The notes beneath the pieces are model-generated. The model was not told the origin of the DNA. It saw only the letters and a list, made by a program, of their open reading frames with translations, and did not search any database. Positions 40,363 to 50,404 of a DNA stretch of 64,000 nt are shown here, piece after piece; position 1 is the first letter of the stretch; the number at the start of each line of letters is the position of its first letter. A program made the position numbers and the translations under genes. Origin of the DNA: an uncultured Planctomycetales bacterium (GTDB lineage: Bacteria; Omnitrophota; Gorgyraeia; Gygaellales; Profunditerraquicolaceae). The stretch is from positions 8,617 through 72,616 of the forward strand of contig CAZJFL010000005.1 of the NCBI GenBank assembly GCA_964545575.1. Reading direction: 5' to 3'.

Positions 40363-41640
40363 ATGCCCAAGATAAGGCCTTTTAAAGCAGTAATCTACAA
40401 TCAGGAGGCGGTCAAAAAATTATCTTCCCTGGTCTGCCCTCCCTACGATGTTATTTCTCCCGCCGAGCAGGAGTATTACCATAACCAGAGCCCCTATAAT
40501 TTTATCCACATACTTTTAGGCAAAGATATCCCCGGCGAAGATAAATACCGCAGGTCATCCGTTTTATTTAAAGATTGGTTTAAAAACAAAATCCTAATCC
40601 AGCAGGAAACGCCGGCAATATATTTCTATGCCCAACAGTATAGCCTTAAAGGAGAAAAAAGAACGCGCACCGGGTTTATCGCGCTTTTGGATCTGGATGA
40701 GAAAAGCGCTTCGGTTTTTGCGCATGAGTACACGCGGGCCGCTCCTAAAGAAGATAGGCAGAGGCTCTTAAAGAGCGTAAAGGCAAACTTAAGCCCGATA
40801 TTTGCGGTTTTTTCCGATAAAGACCGTATCGTCAGGCGGTTAGAACAATACCTTAAAGATGAGCAGCCTTTTGTGGATATCACCGACGAGGCAAAAATAA
40901 ACCATAAATTGTGGAAAATCGATTCCCCCGATATCTTAAGCAAGATACAAAATAGCATGAAAGACAAAAATATCTTCATTGCTGACGGCCACCACCGCTA
41001 TGAGGTCGCCTGTGCTTACCGCGATGAGATGAAGAAAAAAACGGAGGGGCTTACCGGCGAAGAAGATTTTAACTATATCCTGGCTTATTTTACGAGCACC
41101 GAATCTCGCGACCTGACCATACTGCCGGTGCACCGGCTGGTAAAATTGGGTCCTAAAATAGAGATGCACGGGTTCCTTACGTCTTTACGCGAATATTTTG
41201 ATTTGGAAGAGGTTAAAGACAAGACAAAGTTTTTCTTCCTGATGGAAAAAGGCGGGCGCACAGAGCATGTCTTAGGGATGTACAAAGATAAAAAATACTG
41301 GCTGCTGCGTTTAAAGAATATCAAAATATTAGATAAAATGATTGCCGATAAGCCTAAAGAGTACAGGTTGCTGGATGTGGCTATTTTAAACTCCCTAGTC
41401 TTAAAGAAAATCCTCGGGCTGAACCTGGAAACTAACGAAGAGATAATGTTTAGCCAGAATGCGGATGATTTTATTGAGCGGGTCGATAAAAATAAAAGTT
41501 ATCTTGCCTTTTTGCTAAATCCGGTGAAGATCGAACAGATCACTTCCGTGGCCTTGACCGGAAACCGGATGCCGCCCAAATCTACCTATTTTTACCCTAA
41601 GGTATTGTCAGGTTTAGTCATAAATAAGTTCGGAGCTTAA
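40363..41640 (+). CDS. DUF1015-family protein of unknown function
   Basis: N-terminus MPKIRPFKAVIYN... and overall 425-aa length resemble DUF1015 proteins; no recognizable catalytic motifs. Confidence 0.5.
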   Translation: MPKIRPFKAVIYNQEAVKKLSSLVCPPYDVISPAEQEYYHNQSPYNFIHILLGKDIPGEDKYRRSSVLFKDWFKNKILIQQETPAIYFYAQQYSLKGEKRTRTGFIALLDLDEKSASVFAHEYTRAAPKEDRQRLLKSVKANLSPIFAVFSDKDRIVRRLEQYLKDEQPFVDITDEAKINHKLWKIDSPDILSKIQNSMKDKNIFIADGHHRYEVACAYRDEMKKKTEGLTGEEDFNYILAYFTSTESRDLTILPVHRLVKLGPKIEMHGFLTSLREYFDLEEVKDKTKFFFLMEKGGRTEHVLGMYKDKKYWLLRLKNIKILDKMIADKPKEYRLLDVAILNSLVLKKILGLNLETNEEIMFSQNADDFIERVDKNKSYLAFLLNPVKIEQITSVALTGNRMPPKSTYFYPKVLSGLVINKFGA

Positions 41641-41658
41641 GAGCCGGGAGTTTGGAGT

Positions 41659-42498
41659 ATGGCGCTTTTCGGAAAGCCGAAATACACGATAGTCAGATTA
41701 AAGAAAAAAGATATCCCGGAAGGCCTCTGGACAAAGTGCGAGGGGTGCTCCGAGGCGCTTTACAACAAAAACCTGGAAGAAAACTTTAAAGTTTGCCCGA
41801 AGTGTAATTATCATTTTGTCTTGGGGGCTTACGAAAGAATCGCTATGCTGCTGGAGGCGGGTACCTTTCTGGAATACGATAAAGATATGGTTTCGGACGA
41901 CCCTCTGGAGTTTAAGGGCCCCAAGACCTATGCCGAGAAGATCGCTTCTGACCAGGCTGCAACCGGCTTAAAAGAGGCGGTAGTGACGGGAGAAGGGCTG
42001 TTGGGTCAGCAGCCGCTGATAATTGCGGTTACGGATTCTCGTTTTATTATGGGTTCTATGGGTTCGGTAGTGGGAGAGAAGATTACGCGCGCTATCGAGG
42101 CGGCGACTAAAAAAAGGCTCCCTCTGGTTATTATTTCCGGATCAGGAGGCGGCGCCAGGATGTACGAAGGGATGTTTAGCCTGATGCAGATGTCTAAGAC
42201 TTCCGCCGCGCTTTCTTATCATCATCGGGCGGGGCTCGCCTATATTTCTGTTTTAACTAATCCTACTATGGCGGGGGTGATGGCGTCTTTCGCGGGATTA
42301 GGCGATATGATTATCGCGGAACCCAAGGCCTTGATTGGTTTTACCGGCCCCAGGGTTATCGAGCAGACTATCCGGCAGAAGCTGCCTGTAGGCTTTCAGC
42401 GTTCGGAGTTTCTCCTGGAACACGGCCTGATTGATATGATTGTGCAGCGCAAAAATATGAAGGAAACGATAAGTCAATTGCTTGACTATCTGAGTTGA
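41659..42498 (+). CDS. accD: acetyl-CoA carboxylase carboxyltransferase beta subunit AccD
   Basis: N-terminal zinc ribbon CEGCSEALY...CPKCNYH; carboxyltransferase core; accA is not adjacent. Confidence 0.85.
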   Translation: MALFGKPKYTIVRLKKKDIPEGLWTKCEGCSEALYNKNLEENFKVCPKCNYHFVLGAYERIAMLLEAGTFLEYDKDMVSDDPLEFKGPKTYAEKIASDQAATGLKEAVVTGEGLLGQQPLIIAVTDSRFIMGSMGSVVGEKITRAIEAATKKRLPLVIISGSGGGARMYEGMFSLMQMSKTSAALSYHHRAGLAYISVLTNPTMAGVMASFAGLGDMIIAEPKALIGFTGPRVIEQTIRQKLPVGFQRSEFLLEHGLIDMIVQRKNMKETISQLLDYLS

Positions 42499-42569
42499 TT
42501 TTAGAAATATTGTTGGTATAATAGCGGCTCAAATAAGATTTTTATTCCGACCAACGGAGCGAGGAGTAT

Positions 42570-43673
42570 ATGGCGCAGGTAAGCCTAAAGGATGTTTCAA
42601 AGGTCTTTACCAACGGAAACCGCGTAGTCAATAACGTAAACCTTGGCGTAGAGAATAAGGAGTTTATGGTTTTGGTCGGCCCTTCCGGATGCGGTAAATC
42701 CACGACCCTGCGCATGATTGCGGGTCTCGAAGACATCACTAAGGGTGATATCTACATCGGCAATAAGCGCGTAAATGATATACCGGCCAAAGACCGCGAC
42801 ATCGCCATGGTCTTTCAGAATTATGCCCTTTATCCGCATATGACGGTTTTTGAAAATATGTCCTTTGGTTTAAGATTACGGCATTATCCGAGGGCCGAAA
42901 TTACCCAGCGGGTCAAAGAGGCAGCGGATATTTTAGGTATAAAGCACCTCTTGGACCGCAGGCCGCGCGAGCTTGCCGGAGGCGAGAGGCAGCGCGTTGC
43001 CGTAGGCAGGGCAATCGTCAGAAAGCCGCTGGTATTTTTATTCGACGAGCCTTTAAGCAACCTCGACGCAAAATTACGCGTGCAGATGCGCACCGAGATT
43101 CATAAATTGCATATCCGGCTGCAGACCACCATTATTTACGTTACCCATGACCAGGTGGAGGCCATGACCATGGGCGACCGCATTGCGGTAATGCGCGATG
43201 GCGTTTTACAGCAATTAGCCGATCCGATCACGGTTTACGACCATCCTAAAAATAAGTTTGTGGCTGGTTTTATCGGTTCGCCCCCGATGAGTTTCATGAA
43301 AGGCCGGATTATAAAAAAAGAAAACCGGCTCTATTTTGACGAAGGCAAGATTCAGGTAAGGATTGTCGAAGATATGCACGTTAAGCTCAAAGGGTATCTA
43401 GAGAGGGATATCATCTTCGGCATCCGCTCCGAAGATATCTATGATAAATTATTTGTTTCCGAGGCGCCCCAGGAGAATATCGTCAGGGTAAATTGCGAAG
43501 TCGTCGAACCCATGGGCTCGGAGGTTTATCTGTATCTCAATACCGGAAAGCACACCTTTATCGCGCGGGTCGGCGCGCATGATAAGCCTCAGGTTAACCA
43601 GGACATAGACGTAGTGTTTGACATGAGCAAGGTGCACTTTTTTGATAAAGATACCGAAGAAACCATCATCTAA
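42570..43673 (+). CDS. ABC transporter ATP-binding protein, MalK/UgpC-like, with C-terminal TOBE-type regulatory domain; no permease or binding-protein genes adjacent
   Basis: Walker A GPSGCGKST, signature LSGGERQRVAVGRAI, Walker B LFDEPLSNLD, 367 aa. Confidence 0.8.
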   Translation: MAQVSLKDVSKVFTNGNRVVNNVNLGVENKEFMVLVGPSGCGKSTTLRMIAGLEDITKGDIYIGNKRVNDIPAKDRDIAMVFQNYALYPHMTVFENMSFGLRLRHYPRAEITQRVKEAADILGIKHLLDRRPRELAGGERQRVAVGRAIVRKPLVFLFDEPLSNLDAKLRVQMRTEIHKLHIRLQTTIIYVTHDQVEAMTMGDRIAVMRDGVLQQLADPITVYDHPKNKFVAGFIGSPPMSFMKGRIIKKENRLYFDEGKIQVRIVEDMHVKLKGYLERDIIFGIRSEDIYDKLFVSEAPQENIVRVNCEVVEPMGSEVYLYLNTGKHTFIARVGAHDKPQVNQDIDVVFDMSKVHFFDKDTEETII

Positions 43674-44982
43674 ATATAAAAATCTTTTTTCTTCCTTGGC
43701 GAATTCCCCTCTCCTTAAAATTGCTGTTTCCGGAGCCTCGCTGTTCCTTTTTTACATACTCCTGCCCGTAGGATTAATCACCCGCGCTAAACCGGTACGT
43801 CTTTTATGGTTATTTATATTTTATTTGGCTGTTTGCGCGAGCCTCGTTTATTTGCTGCAGAAAAACTCCGGCAGAAAACGCAGGCTCCAGCTTAAGACCG
43901 AGGACATAGAGGAGAAAACAAACCTCTTAAACATCGAGTATGCCAAAGGAATCAAGAATCAGATTGCCCTGCAGGAAAAAATCAAGCGTTATAACAGCCT
44001 AAAGAGCATCATCGAGGAGATAAATCAGAATCCCGCCCTGGAGGCGATAGCCAACCGCCTTTGCGAAATAACCTTCTCTTTGATTTCGCGCCAGAAAGGC
44101 ACCTGTATACTTTATTTGGTCGACCCCGAGACCCATAAACTCTGCCTTTTTAAAACCAAAAAAGAAGACGAGGCAGTAGTAGTCAAGGCAAAAGAAGGAG
44201 ATGCTTTTGATCTGTGGGTCTTAAGGCATTCCAGCCCCCTGATCATCGAGGACGTAAAGAAAGACTTCCGTTTTGACCCGGATAAATTAAAAAGAGAAGA
44301 TAGCCGGCAGTTTTTTTCCCTGATCAGCGCACCCTTAATCAGCGAAAATAAGTTTTTAGGTATCTTAAGGCTGGATAACCCCACAGCAGGGTTTTATTCT
44401 CAGGATGATTTAAGGTTTTTAGTGACCATTGCTGACTTGGGTGCGGTAGCCTTGGAAAACGGAGAACTTTTTCAGAAGATGCAGGATCTGGCTATACACG
44501 ACGGGCTGACCCTGCTTTATACCAAAGGTTACTTTTTAGAGCGCCTGAAAGAAGAGTGCAAAAGAAGCATCCGCCAGGATACCGCTCTCTCCTTATTAAT
44601 GCTGGATATAGACCACTTTAAAAACTACAACGATACCTTCGGGCATACCGCAGGAGATATAGTCTTGAAAAAAATAAGCCTGGATATATCGGATTTTTTA
44701 AAAGAGGCAAATCCCATCATCAGCCGTTTCGGGGGCGAGGAGTTTTGTATTGCCCTTATGCGCACAGATAAAAAAAAGGCTAGAGTTTTAGCGGAGCAGC
44801 TAAGGGCGAGGATAGAAAAGACCCGTATCGTCCTGCGCCGTCAGGAAACCAAAATAACCGTTTCTATCGGAGTAGCGAGCCTCGGTAAAGACACCAGCGA
44901 AGAAGATGAACTGATTATGCGGGCGGACCAGGCGATGTATGAGGCAAAGCAGAAGGGCAGAAACCGGGTATGTGGAATATAG
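43642..44982 (+). CDS. membrane-anchored GAF-GGDEF diguanylate cyclase
   Basis: Two N-terminal TM helices, coiled coil, GAF-like region, GGDEF domain with RFGGEEF active-site motif. Confidence 0.8.
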   Translation: MIKIPKKPSSKYKNLFSSLANSPLLKIAVSGASLFLFYILLPVGLITRAKPVRLLWLFIFYLAVCASLVYLLQKNSGRKRRLQLKTEDIEEKTNLLNIEYAKGIKNQIALQEKIKRYNSLKSIIEEINQNPALEAIANRLCEITFSLISRQKGTCILYLVDPETHKLCLFKTKKEDEAVVVKAKEGDAFDLWVLRHSSPLIIEDVKKDFRFDPDKLKREDSRQFFSLISAPLISENKFLGILRLDNPTAGFYSQDDLRFLVTIADLGAVALENGELFQKMQDLAIHDGLTLLYTKGYFLERLKEECKRSIRQDTALSLLMLDIDHFKNYNDTFGHTAGDIVLKKISLDISDFLKEANPIISRFGGEEFCIALMRTDKKKARVLAEQLRARIEKTRIVLRRQETKITVSIGVASLGKDTSEEDELIMRADQAMYEAKQKGRNRVCGI

Positions 44983-45968
44983 CGGTATTGGCATTATTGA
45001 CTGTTTTCTTTTATCTCTGGCTTAAATCTACTCTCGATAACAATTTTTTAAAGGGCCAGAGGCACTATGACGATATCAACGTAAAATACAACGGATTATT
45101 GCAGGATAATACGCGCCTAGAGGAGGAAAACGCGGGCCTGGAAGAAAAGGTCGAATATAATGTCGCCCTTTACGATATTACCAGAGCGCTTTGTAAATCT
45201 TTGGAAGAGGAAAAAGTATTTGCTATTTTTAAGGAGCAGTTAAAGAAGTACATCGGGGTAAGCGATTGTAAGTTTACCAGAGAAGATATAGAGCCGCAAG
45301 AATATAAAGAAAAAACCGTCGTCCCTTTAAAAATAGATAAGGATAATCTGGGCCTTTTGATTGTGGGCGGGATAAGAGAGCGAGATTTGGATACCTTCAA
45401 TATCCTGGCCCAGCAGTTTCTCCTGGGGGTTAAGCGGGCTATTTTATACCAGCGCGTCCAGGCCATTGCCATTACCGATGGCCTGACACAGGTTTTCAGC
45501 CGCCGGTATTGCCTGGGAAGGTTCCGGGAAGAAATAGAACGATCAAAGAAGTTCAAGCATAACTTTTCTTTTATGATGATTGATATAGATTATTTCAAGA
45601 ATTATAATGACCGATACGGCCATTTGGTGGGAGACGCGGTCTTAAGAGAAGTAGCTGATACCATCAAGGAGAGCGTCAGGCAGATAGACCTGGTCGGCAG
45701 GTACGGCGGCGAGGAGTTTTTGATTATTTTGGTTGAGACCGCAGCCCAGCAGTCCGGGTTTGTTGCCGAACGTATCCGCAAGGCGGTCGAAGATAGGCAG
45801 ATCAAGGTATACGATGAGGACATTAAGGTTACGATCAGTATCGGAGTAGCTACTTTCCCCGAAGACGCCCGGGAGCCCCAAGCTATAATTGAGCGGGCAG
45901 ACAGGGCCCTCTACCGCGCAAAAGAAGCCGGCAGGAATAAGGCCTGCCTTTACAGCGATACTAAGTAG
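44970..45968 (+). CDS. membrane-anchored GGDEF diguanylate cyclase (paralog of the upstream gene)
   Basis: N-terminal TM helix, coiled coil, GGDEF domain with RYGGEEF motif. Confidence 0.8.
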   Translation: MWNIAVLALLTVFFYLWLKSTLDNNFLKGQRHYDDINVKYNGLLQDNTRLEEENAGLEEKVEYNVALYDITRALCKSLEEEKVFAIFKEQLKKYIGVSDCKFTREDIEPQEYKEKTVVPLKIDKDNLGLLIVGGIRERDLDTFNILAQQFLLGVKRAILYQRVQAIAITDGLTQVFSRRYCLGRFREEIERSKKFKHNFSFMMIDIDYFKNYNDRYGHLVGDAVLREVADTIKESVRQIDLVGRYGGEEFLIILVETAAQQSGFVAERIRKAVEDRQIKVYDEDIKVTISIGVATFPEDAREPQAIIERADRALYRAKEAGRNKACLYSDTK

Positions 45969-46014
45969 TATTAATCCTTGCAATTAAAATCGCTTTAAGC
46001 TAAAATAAAAAGCT

Positions 46015-46941
46015 ATGGTAGAAGATTTTATCATCGCGATTGACTTGGGCGGCACAAACTTAAAAATTGCCCTGCTTGATGCCAAATACAGGATCAGGGA
46101 CAGGCGCTTTTTAAATACCCGCCGGTTTGGCGAAAAAGAAGGACTGATCCGGGGTATGGCCGAAGCAATAAATGATTTGTTGGGTTGTAACCGTTTGAGC
46201 AAGAAAAAGATACGCGGCCTAGGTGTTGGTTTGCCCGGCCCGGTAGATAACCGCCGGGGTATCGTGCATTTCCTGCCTAATATTGCTGGATGGAAAGAAG
46301 TGAGGCTGAAGCAGATTTTAGAAAAAAAATTAGGGCTCGCCGTTTTTTTGGATAACGACGCTAATCTAATGAGCCTGGCGGAGTATAAATTAGGGGCAGC
46401 GCAGGGTAGCCGTTATGCGGTCTGCCTTACTTTAGGCACCGGTGTCGGCGCGGGTATCATTATCGAAGGGAAGATCTACCGCGGGGCAGATAACGCAAGT
46501 GCCGAGGTCGGCCACATCCCCATTAATGAAAACGGCCCGCGCTGTAAGTGCGGAGGTAGAGCTTGTCTTGAATCCTATATCGGCAACCGTAGTATCGAGA
46601 AGCTGGCGCGCAGGTTATTCGGCCGCAATATTTCTTTGGAAGAATTGGGCGCGCGGGCTAAAGCAGGAAACAAAAAAGCGCTGGCCATCTGGTCGAGCCT
46701 GGCGCATCGCTTAGGCGTGGCTTTGGTCGGGGTGGTAAACCTGCTTAACCCGGATTGTATTGTTATCGGCGGCGGTGTGGCGGGCGCCGGCAAGATATTG
46801 TTTGAGCGGGTAAGAAAGGTGGTAGAAAAACAGGCGATGCGGATACAAGGCCGCCGGGTCAAGATATTGCAGGCAAGGTTAGGTAGTGATGCCGGCCTGA
46901 TCGGAGCGGCGATTATGGTAAGAGAAGCACGGGCGAAATAG
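46015..46941 (+). CDS. ROK-family sugar kinase (glucokinase-like)
   Basis: IAIDLGGTNLKIALLD N-terminus; ROK zinc motif CKCGGRACLESY. Confidence 0.8.
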   Translation: MVEDFIIAIDLGGTNLKIALLDAKYRIRDRRFLNTRRFGEKEGLIRGMAEAINDLLGCNRLSKKKIRGLGVGLPGPVDNRRGIVHFLPNIAGWKEVRLKQILEKKLGLAVFLDNDANLMSLAEYKLGAAQGSRYAVCLTLGTGVGAGIIIEGKIYRGADNASAEVGHIPINENGPRCKCGGRACLESYIGNRSIEKLARRLFGRNISLEELGARAKAGNKKALAIWSSLAHRLGVALVGVVNLLNPDCIVIGGGVAGAGKILFERVRKVVEKQAMRIQGRRVKILQARLGSDAGLIGAAIMVREARAK

Positions 46942-46943
46942 AA

Positions 46944-49088
46944 ATGCAAAAATATTTAAAATTATTTAATTTTGTTTTTTTAGTTTGGATTTTGATATTT
47001 GGATTTTGGATTTATGCATCTGCCCAGGCGCACAAAGACTCGATAATCATTAACGGCGATACCGTGGAATACTCCACAGAGAAAAATGAAGCTACCGCCA
47101 TAGGTAACATTGTGATAAATTACAAAGGCGCGATACTCACCTGTGATAAGTTAACGATCAATACCCTCACCAAAGAAGGTATTGCCGAGGGAAACGCAAA
47201 GCTAGAAGATGAAAGGGGGGTTATTACCGGTTCCAAGATCACTTATAATTTTAATACTAAGGCCGGTACGATCATTGACGCCGGTTTCCGGTCTAATCCT
47301 TATTTCGGCAAGGCCGAAAGGATAGAAAAGATAAACGATCGGGAGTTTATCTCGCTTGGCGGTTATATGAGTACCTGTAACTATGACCATCCGCACTACA
47401 GCATCGGGTCAAAAAAGATAGATTTCTTCCCCAAAGATAAAGTAGAGATTAAGGGCGCTGCGGTTCATCTTTTGGGTATCCCGATATTATATCTGCCCAA
47501 ATTTACCCATAGCCTGGTTGAGGATAGACCTAAAATAATGAATATACAGGTCTCTCCCGGCATGAGAAAAGAATGGGGCCCTTATCTGCTTACCGGCTGG
47601 CGTTATAACCTTACGGAAAACATTATGGGCAGGCTTTACCTGGATTACCGCTCGAAGCTGGGGGTAAGCGAAGGCGTGGGTTTTAATTATAGGTCGCCGG
47701 TGGGCAACGGAGACTTTAAGTTTTATTACACCCAGGAACATCCGCAAAACCATCCCGTAGAAGGCCCTGATGAGTTTGAAAGGTATTTTGCGCGCCTACG
47801 CCATAAATGGGATATAGACAAACGCACGAATCTCACCGTAGAGTATTATAAGATCGCCGACCAGGAAAGAAGGCTGCCTCTCTATCCGGGCGATTTATTA
47901 AAAGATTATTTTTACCGCGAATACGAAAAGAATTCCCAGCCGGTATCTTACGCCCTGCTTTATCATAATTTCAGTTATTCCAGCCTCGGCTTGCTTTTAC
48001 AGAGGCGCACTAACCACTGGTATGAACAGCTCAATAAAACCCCGGAGCTGTCTTATAGTTTGCCCAGCATACGTATCGGCAGCACCCCGTTTTATTTTGA
48101 AAACAATACTACCGCCGCAAACTTTGACAAAAAGGCAACCACCTACCCTTACACCAGCGATGATGTAACCGTATCCAGATTTGATACCAGCAATACCCTT
48201 TCCCTGCCGCTTAAGCTATTCTTTGTAGAGTTTACGCCCTTCGTAGCCGGACGCGAGACTGTCTATGATAAGGGCGCAGGCGGTTTTTCCGTTCCGAAAA
48301 GGACGATATTCTCTGGCGGGGCAAACTTAAGCACCAAAATTTTCCGCCTATTTGATGTTAAATCGGATTTCTTGGGGCTAGATATAAACGGCATCCGGCA
48401 CATCATTACGCCGATAGTAAAGTATGTCTATAACCACCGACCGACCATCTCCGCCAGCAAGCTTCAGCAGATAGATGCGATTGATTCTCTCGCTGCAAGC
48501 GAATATATCTCTTTGGAATTATCCAATAAACTGCAGACAAAGAGAGAAGGAAAGGCTGTAGACCTGGCGAACTTGCGCATAAACACGTTATACAATTTGA
48601 AGACTAAAGACGGCCCCGGCTCAAGTTTTTCCGATTTTTACCTGGATCTGGAATTGCGCCCTTATGCATGGCTGCGTATTAAGTCCGACGCTAGCTACGG
48701 CTATAAAGAAAAATACTTTAAGGAAGCCAACGTCAATTTATACGCTACCTTAGGTAAAGAAAGGTATCTAGGCGTCGGCCACCGGTATTTGAGGGGCGGC
48801 GGCAAAGAGATGACTTCGGAATTGGCCTGGCGGCTGAACCCTAAGTGGAAATTCAAGGTATACGAACGTTATCAATTTGCAGATTCCCAGAGCCGCGGAC
48901 TGATGGAACAGGAATATACATTAACCCGCGACCTGCATTGCTGGGAGACCGATATCAGTTATAATATCAGTAAAACAGACGGCCATACCCTGTGGTTTGT
49001 GTTCAGGTTAAAGGCCTTTCCGGAGCTTGAGTTTGGCTTCCAGCAGAGTTACCACCCGGATCAGTCAGGCTCCCAATCTAACCCTTAA
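46944..49088 (+). CDS. lptD: LPS-assembly outer-membrane protein LptD
   Basis: Signal peptide; OstA-like N-domain (IINGDTVEYSTEKNEATAIGNIVINYKGAILTCDKLTIN...); about 600-aa beta-rich C-terminal domain. Confidence 0.75.
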   Translation: MQKYLKLFNFVFLVWILIFGFWIYASAQAHKDSIIINGDTVEYSTEKNEATAIGNIVINYKGAILTCDKLTINTLTKEGIAEGNAKLEDERGVITGSKITYNFNTKAGTIIDAGFRSNPYFGKAERIEKINDREFISLGGYMSTCNYDHPHYSIGSKKIDFFPKDKVEIKGAAVHLLGIPILYLPKFTHSLVEDRPKIMNIQVSPGMRKEWGPYLLTGWRYNLTENIMGRLYLDYRSKLGVSEGVGFNYRSPVGNGDFKFYYTQEHPQNHPVEGPDEFERYFARLRHKWDIDKRTNLTVEYYKIADQERRLPLYPGDLLKDYFYREYEKNSQPVSYALLYHNFSYSSLGLLLQRRTNHWYEQLNKTPELSYSLPSIRIGSTPFYFENNTTAANFDKKATTYPYTSDDVTVSRFDTSNTLSLPLKLFFVEFTPFVAGRETVYDKGAGGFSVPKRTIFSGGANLSTKIFRLFDVKSDFLGLDINGIRHIITPIVKYVYNHRPTISASKLQQIDAIDSLAASEYISLELSNKLQTKREGKAVDLANLRINTLYNLKTKDGPGSSFSDFYLDLELRPYAWLRIKSDASYGYKEKYFKEANVNLYATLGKERYLGVGHRYLRGGGKEMTSELAWRLNPKWKFKVYERYQFADSQSRGLMEQEYTLTRDLHCWETDISYNISKTDGHTLWFVFRLKAFPELEFGFQQSYHPDQSGSQSNP
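46984..47011 (+). repeat. (TTTGGAT)x4 heptamer array (one TTTGATA variant) encoding the LptD signal-peptide core ILIFGFWI
   Basis: tttggat tttgata tttggat tttggat read directly. Confidence 0.85.
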
Positions 49089-49092
49089 AAAG

Positions 49093-50394
49093 ATGAACAT
49101 CTCTATTATAGGTTCGGGTTATGTGGGTTTAGTCACCGGCACCTGCCTTGCGGAGCTGGGCAATAAAGTCGTCTGTTGCGATAACGACATAAAAAAGATC
49201 ACGGCTCTTAAAAAAGGCATGATGCCGATATATGAGCCGGGATTGGAAGAATTGGTGAGAGCCAATGTGAAAAAGAAAAAGCTCTCCTTTACCCACAGTT
49301 TTAAAGAAGCGGTCGCTAATTCCGAGCTGATTTTTATTGCCGTGGGCACGCCCTCCCTGGAGAACGGCGATGCCGACCTGACCGGAATAGAAAATGTGAC
49401 GCGTAATATCGCCATCAATATGACCGGTTACAGGCTAATCGTGGAAAAATCCACGGTCCCGGCCGAGACCGGAGAGCGCATTAAACAGACCGTATCCAGT
49501 CACCTGCAGAAGAGAGTAAAATTTGACGTTGCCTCAAATCCGGAGTTTCTGCGGGAGGGGCAGGCAATCAATGATTTTATGCATCCGGACAGGATTGTGA
49601 TCGGCGTAGAATCCAAAAAGGCCAGGGATATGCTGGTAAGCCTTTATAAGCCTTTAAATGCGCGCCTGGTGATAACCGACATTAAGTCCGCAGAGTTGAT
49701 AAAACATGCCTCCAATTCTTTCTTAGCTACCAAGGTCTCCTTTATTAATGCCATTGCGCGTATCTGCGATAAGCTGGGAGCGGATGTGCAGGAAGTAGCA
49801 GAGGGCATGGGATTAGATAAAAGGATAGGGCAGGCATTTTTAAACGCCGGAATCGGATACGGGGGAGCTTGTTTCCCCAAAGATTTAGATGCCTTTATCT
49901 ATATCTGTAAAAGACTAGGTTATGATTTTGAATTGCTGAAAGCAACCAGGGAAATTAACCGCCAGCAGAAGAACGAGTTTTTAAACAAGATACACGATGG
50001 GCTATGGGTAATTAAAGATAAGGCTATCGGCGTCTTGGGGCTCGCTTTTAAACCCAACACCGACGACATACGCAATGCCCCGTCTCTGGATATAATAGAT
50101 GCCTTAATCGCGCAAGGCGCCAGATTAAAGGTTTACGACCCTCAGGCAATGAAAAAAACTAGAGGCCTGTTGGGTGAAAGGGTGAAGTTTTGCCGTGATC
50201 CCTACGAGGTATGCCGGGGGAGCGAATGCCTCTTAGTTATTACGGAGTGGGATGAGTTTAAGGAGTTGGATTTTTCTAAAGTCAAAAAATTGCTCAAGAG
50301 GCCGTTGGTTATCGACGGCCGCAATATTTATGACCGTAAGATCATGAAAAAATTAGGGTTTACTTATATCACTATGGGCAGGGGGGAAACCTAA
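49093..50394 (+). CDS. ugd: UDP-glucose 6-dehydrogenase (ORF track start 49027; ATG at 49093 preferred)
   Basis: MNISIIGSGYVGLVTG Rossmann N-terminus; catalytic Cys context GGACFPKD. Confidence 0.85.
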   Translation: MNISIIGSGYVGLVTGTCLAELGNKVVCCDNDIKKITALKKGMMPIYEPGLEELVRANVKKKKLSFTHSFKEAVANSELIFIAVGTPSLENGDADLTGIENVTRNIAINMTGYRLIVEKSTVPAETGERIKQTVSSHLQKRVKFDVASNPEFLREGQAINDFMHPDRIVIGVESKKARDMLVSLYKPLNARLVITDIKSAELIKHASNSFLATKVSFINAIARICDKLGADVQEVAEGMGLDKRIGQAFLNAGIGYGGACFPKDLDAFIYICKRLGYDFELLKATREINRQQKNEFLNKIHDGLWVIKDKAIGVLGLAFKPNTDDIRNAPSLDIIDALIAQGARLKVYDPQAMKKTRGLLGERVKFCRDPYEVCRGSECLLVITEWDEFKELDFSKVKKLLKRPLVIDGRNIYDRKIMKKLGFTYITMGRGET

Positions 50395-50404
50395 AAGGAA
50401 TAGT

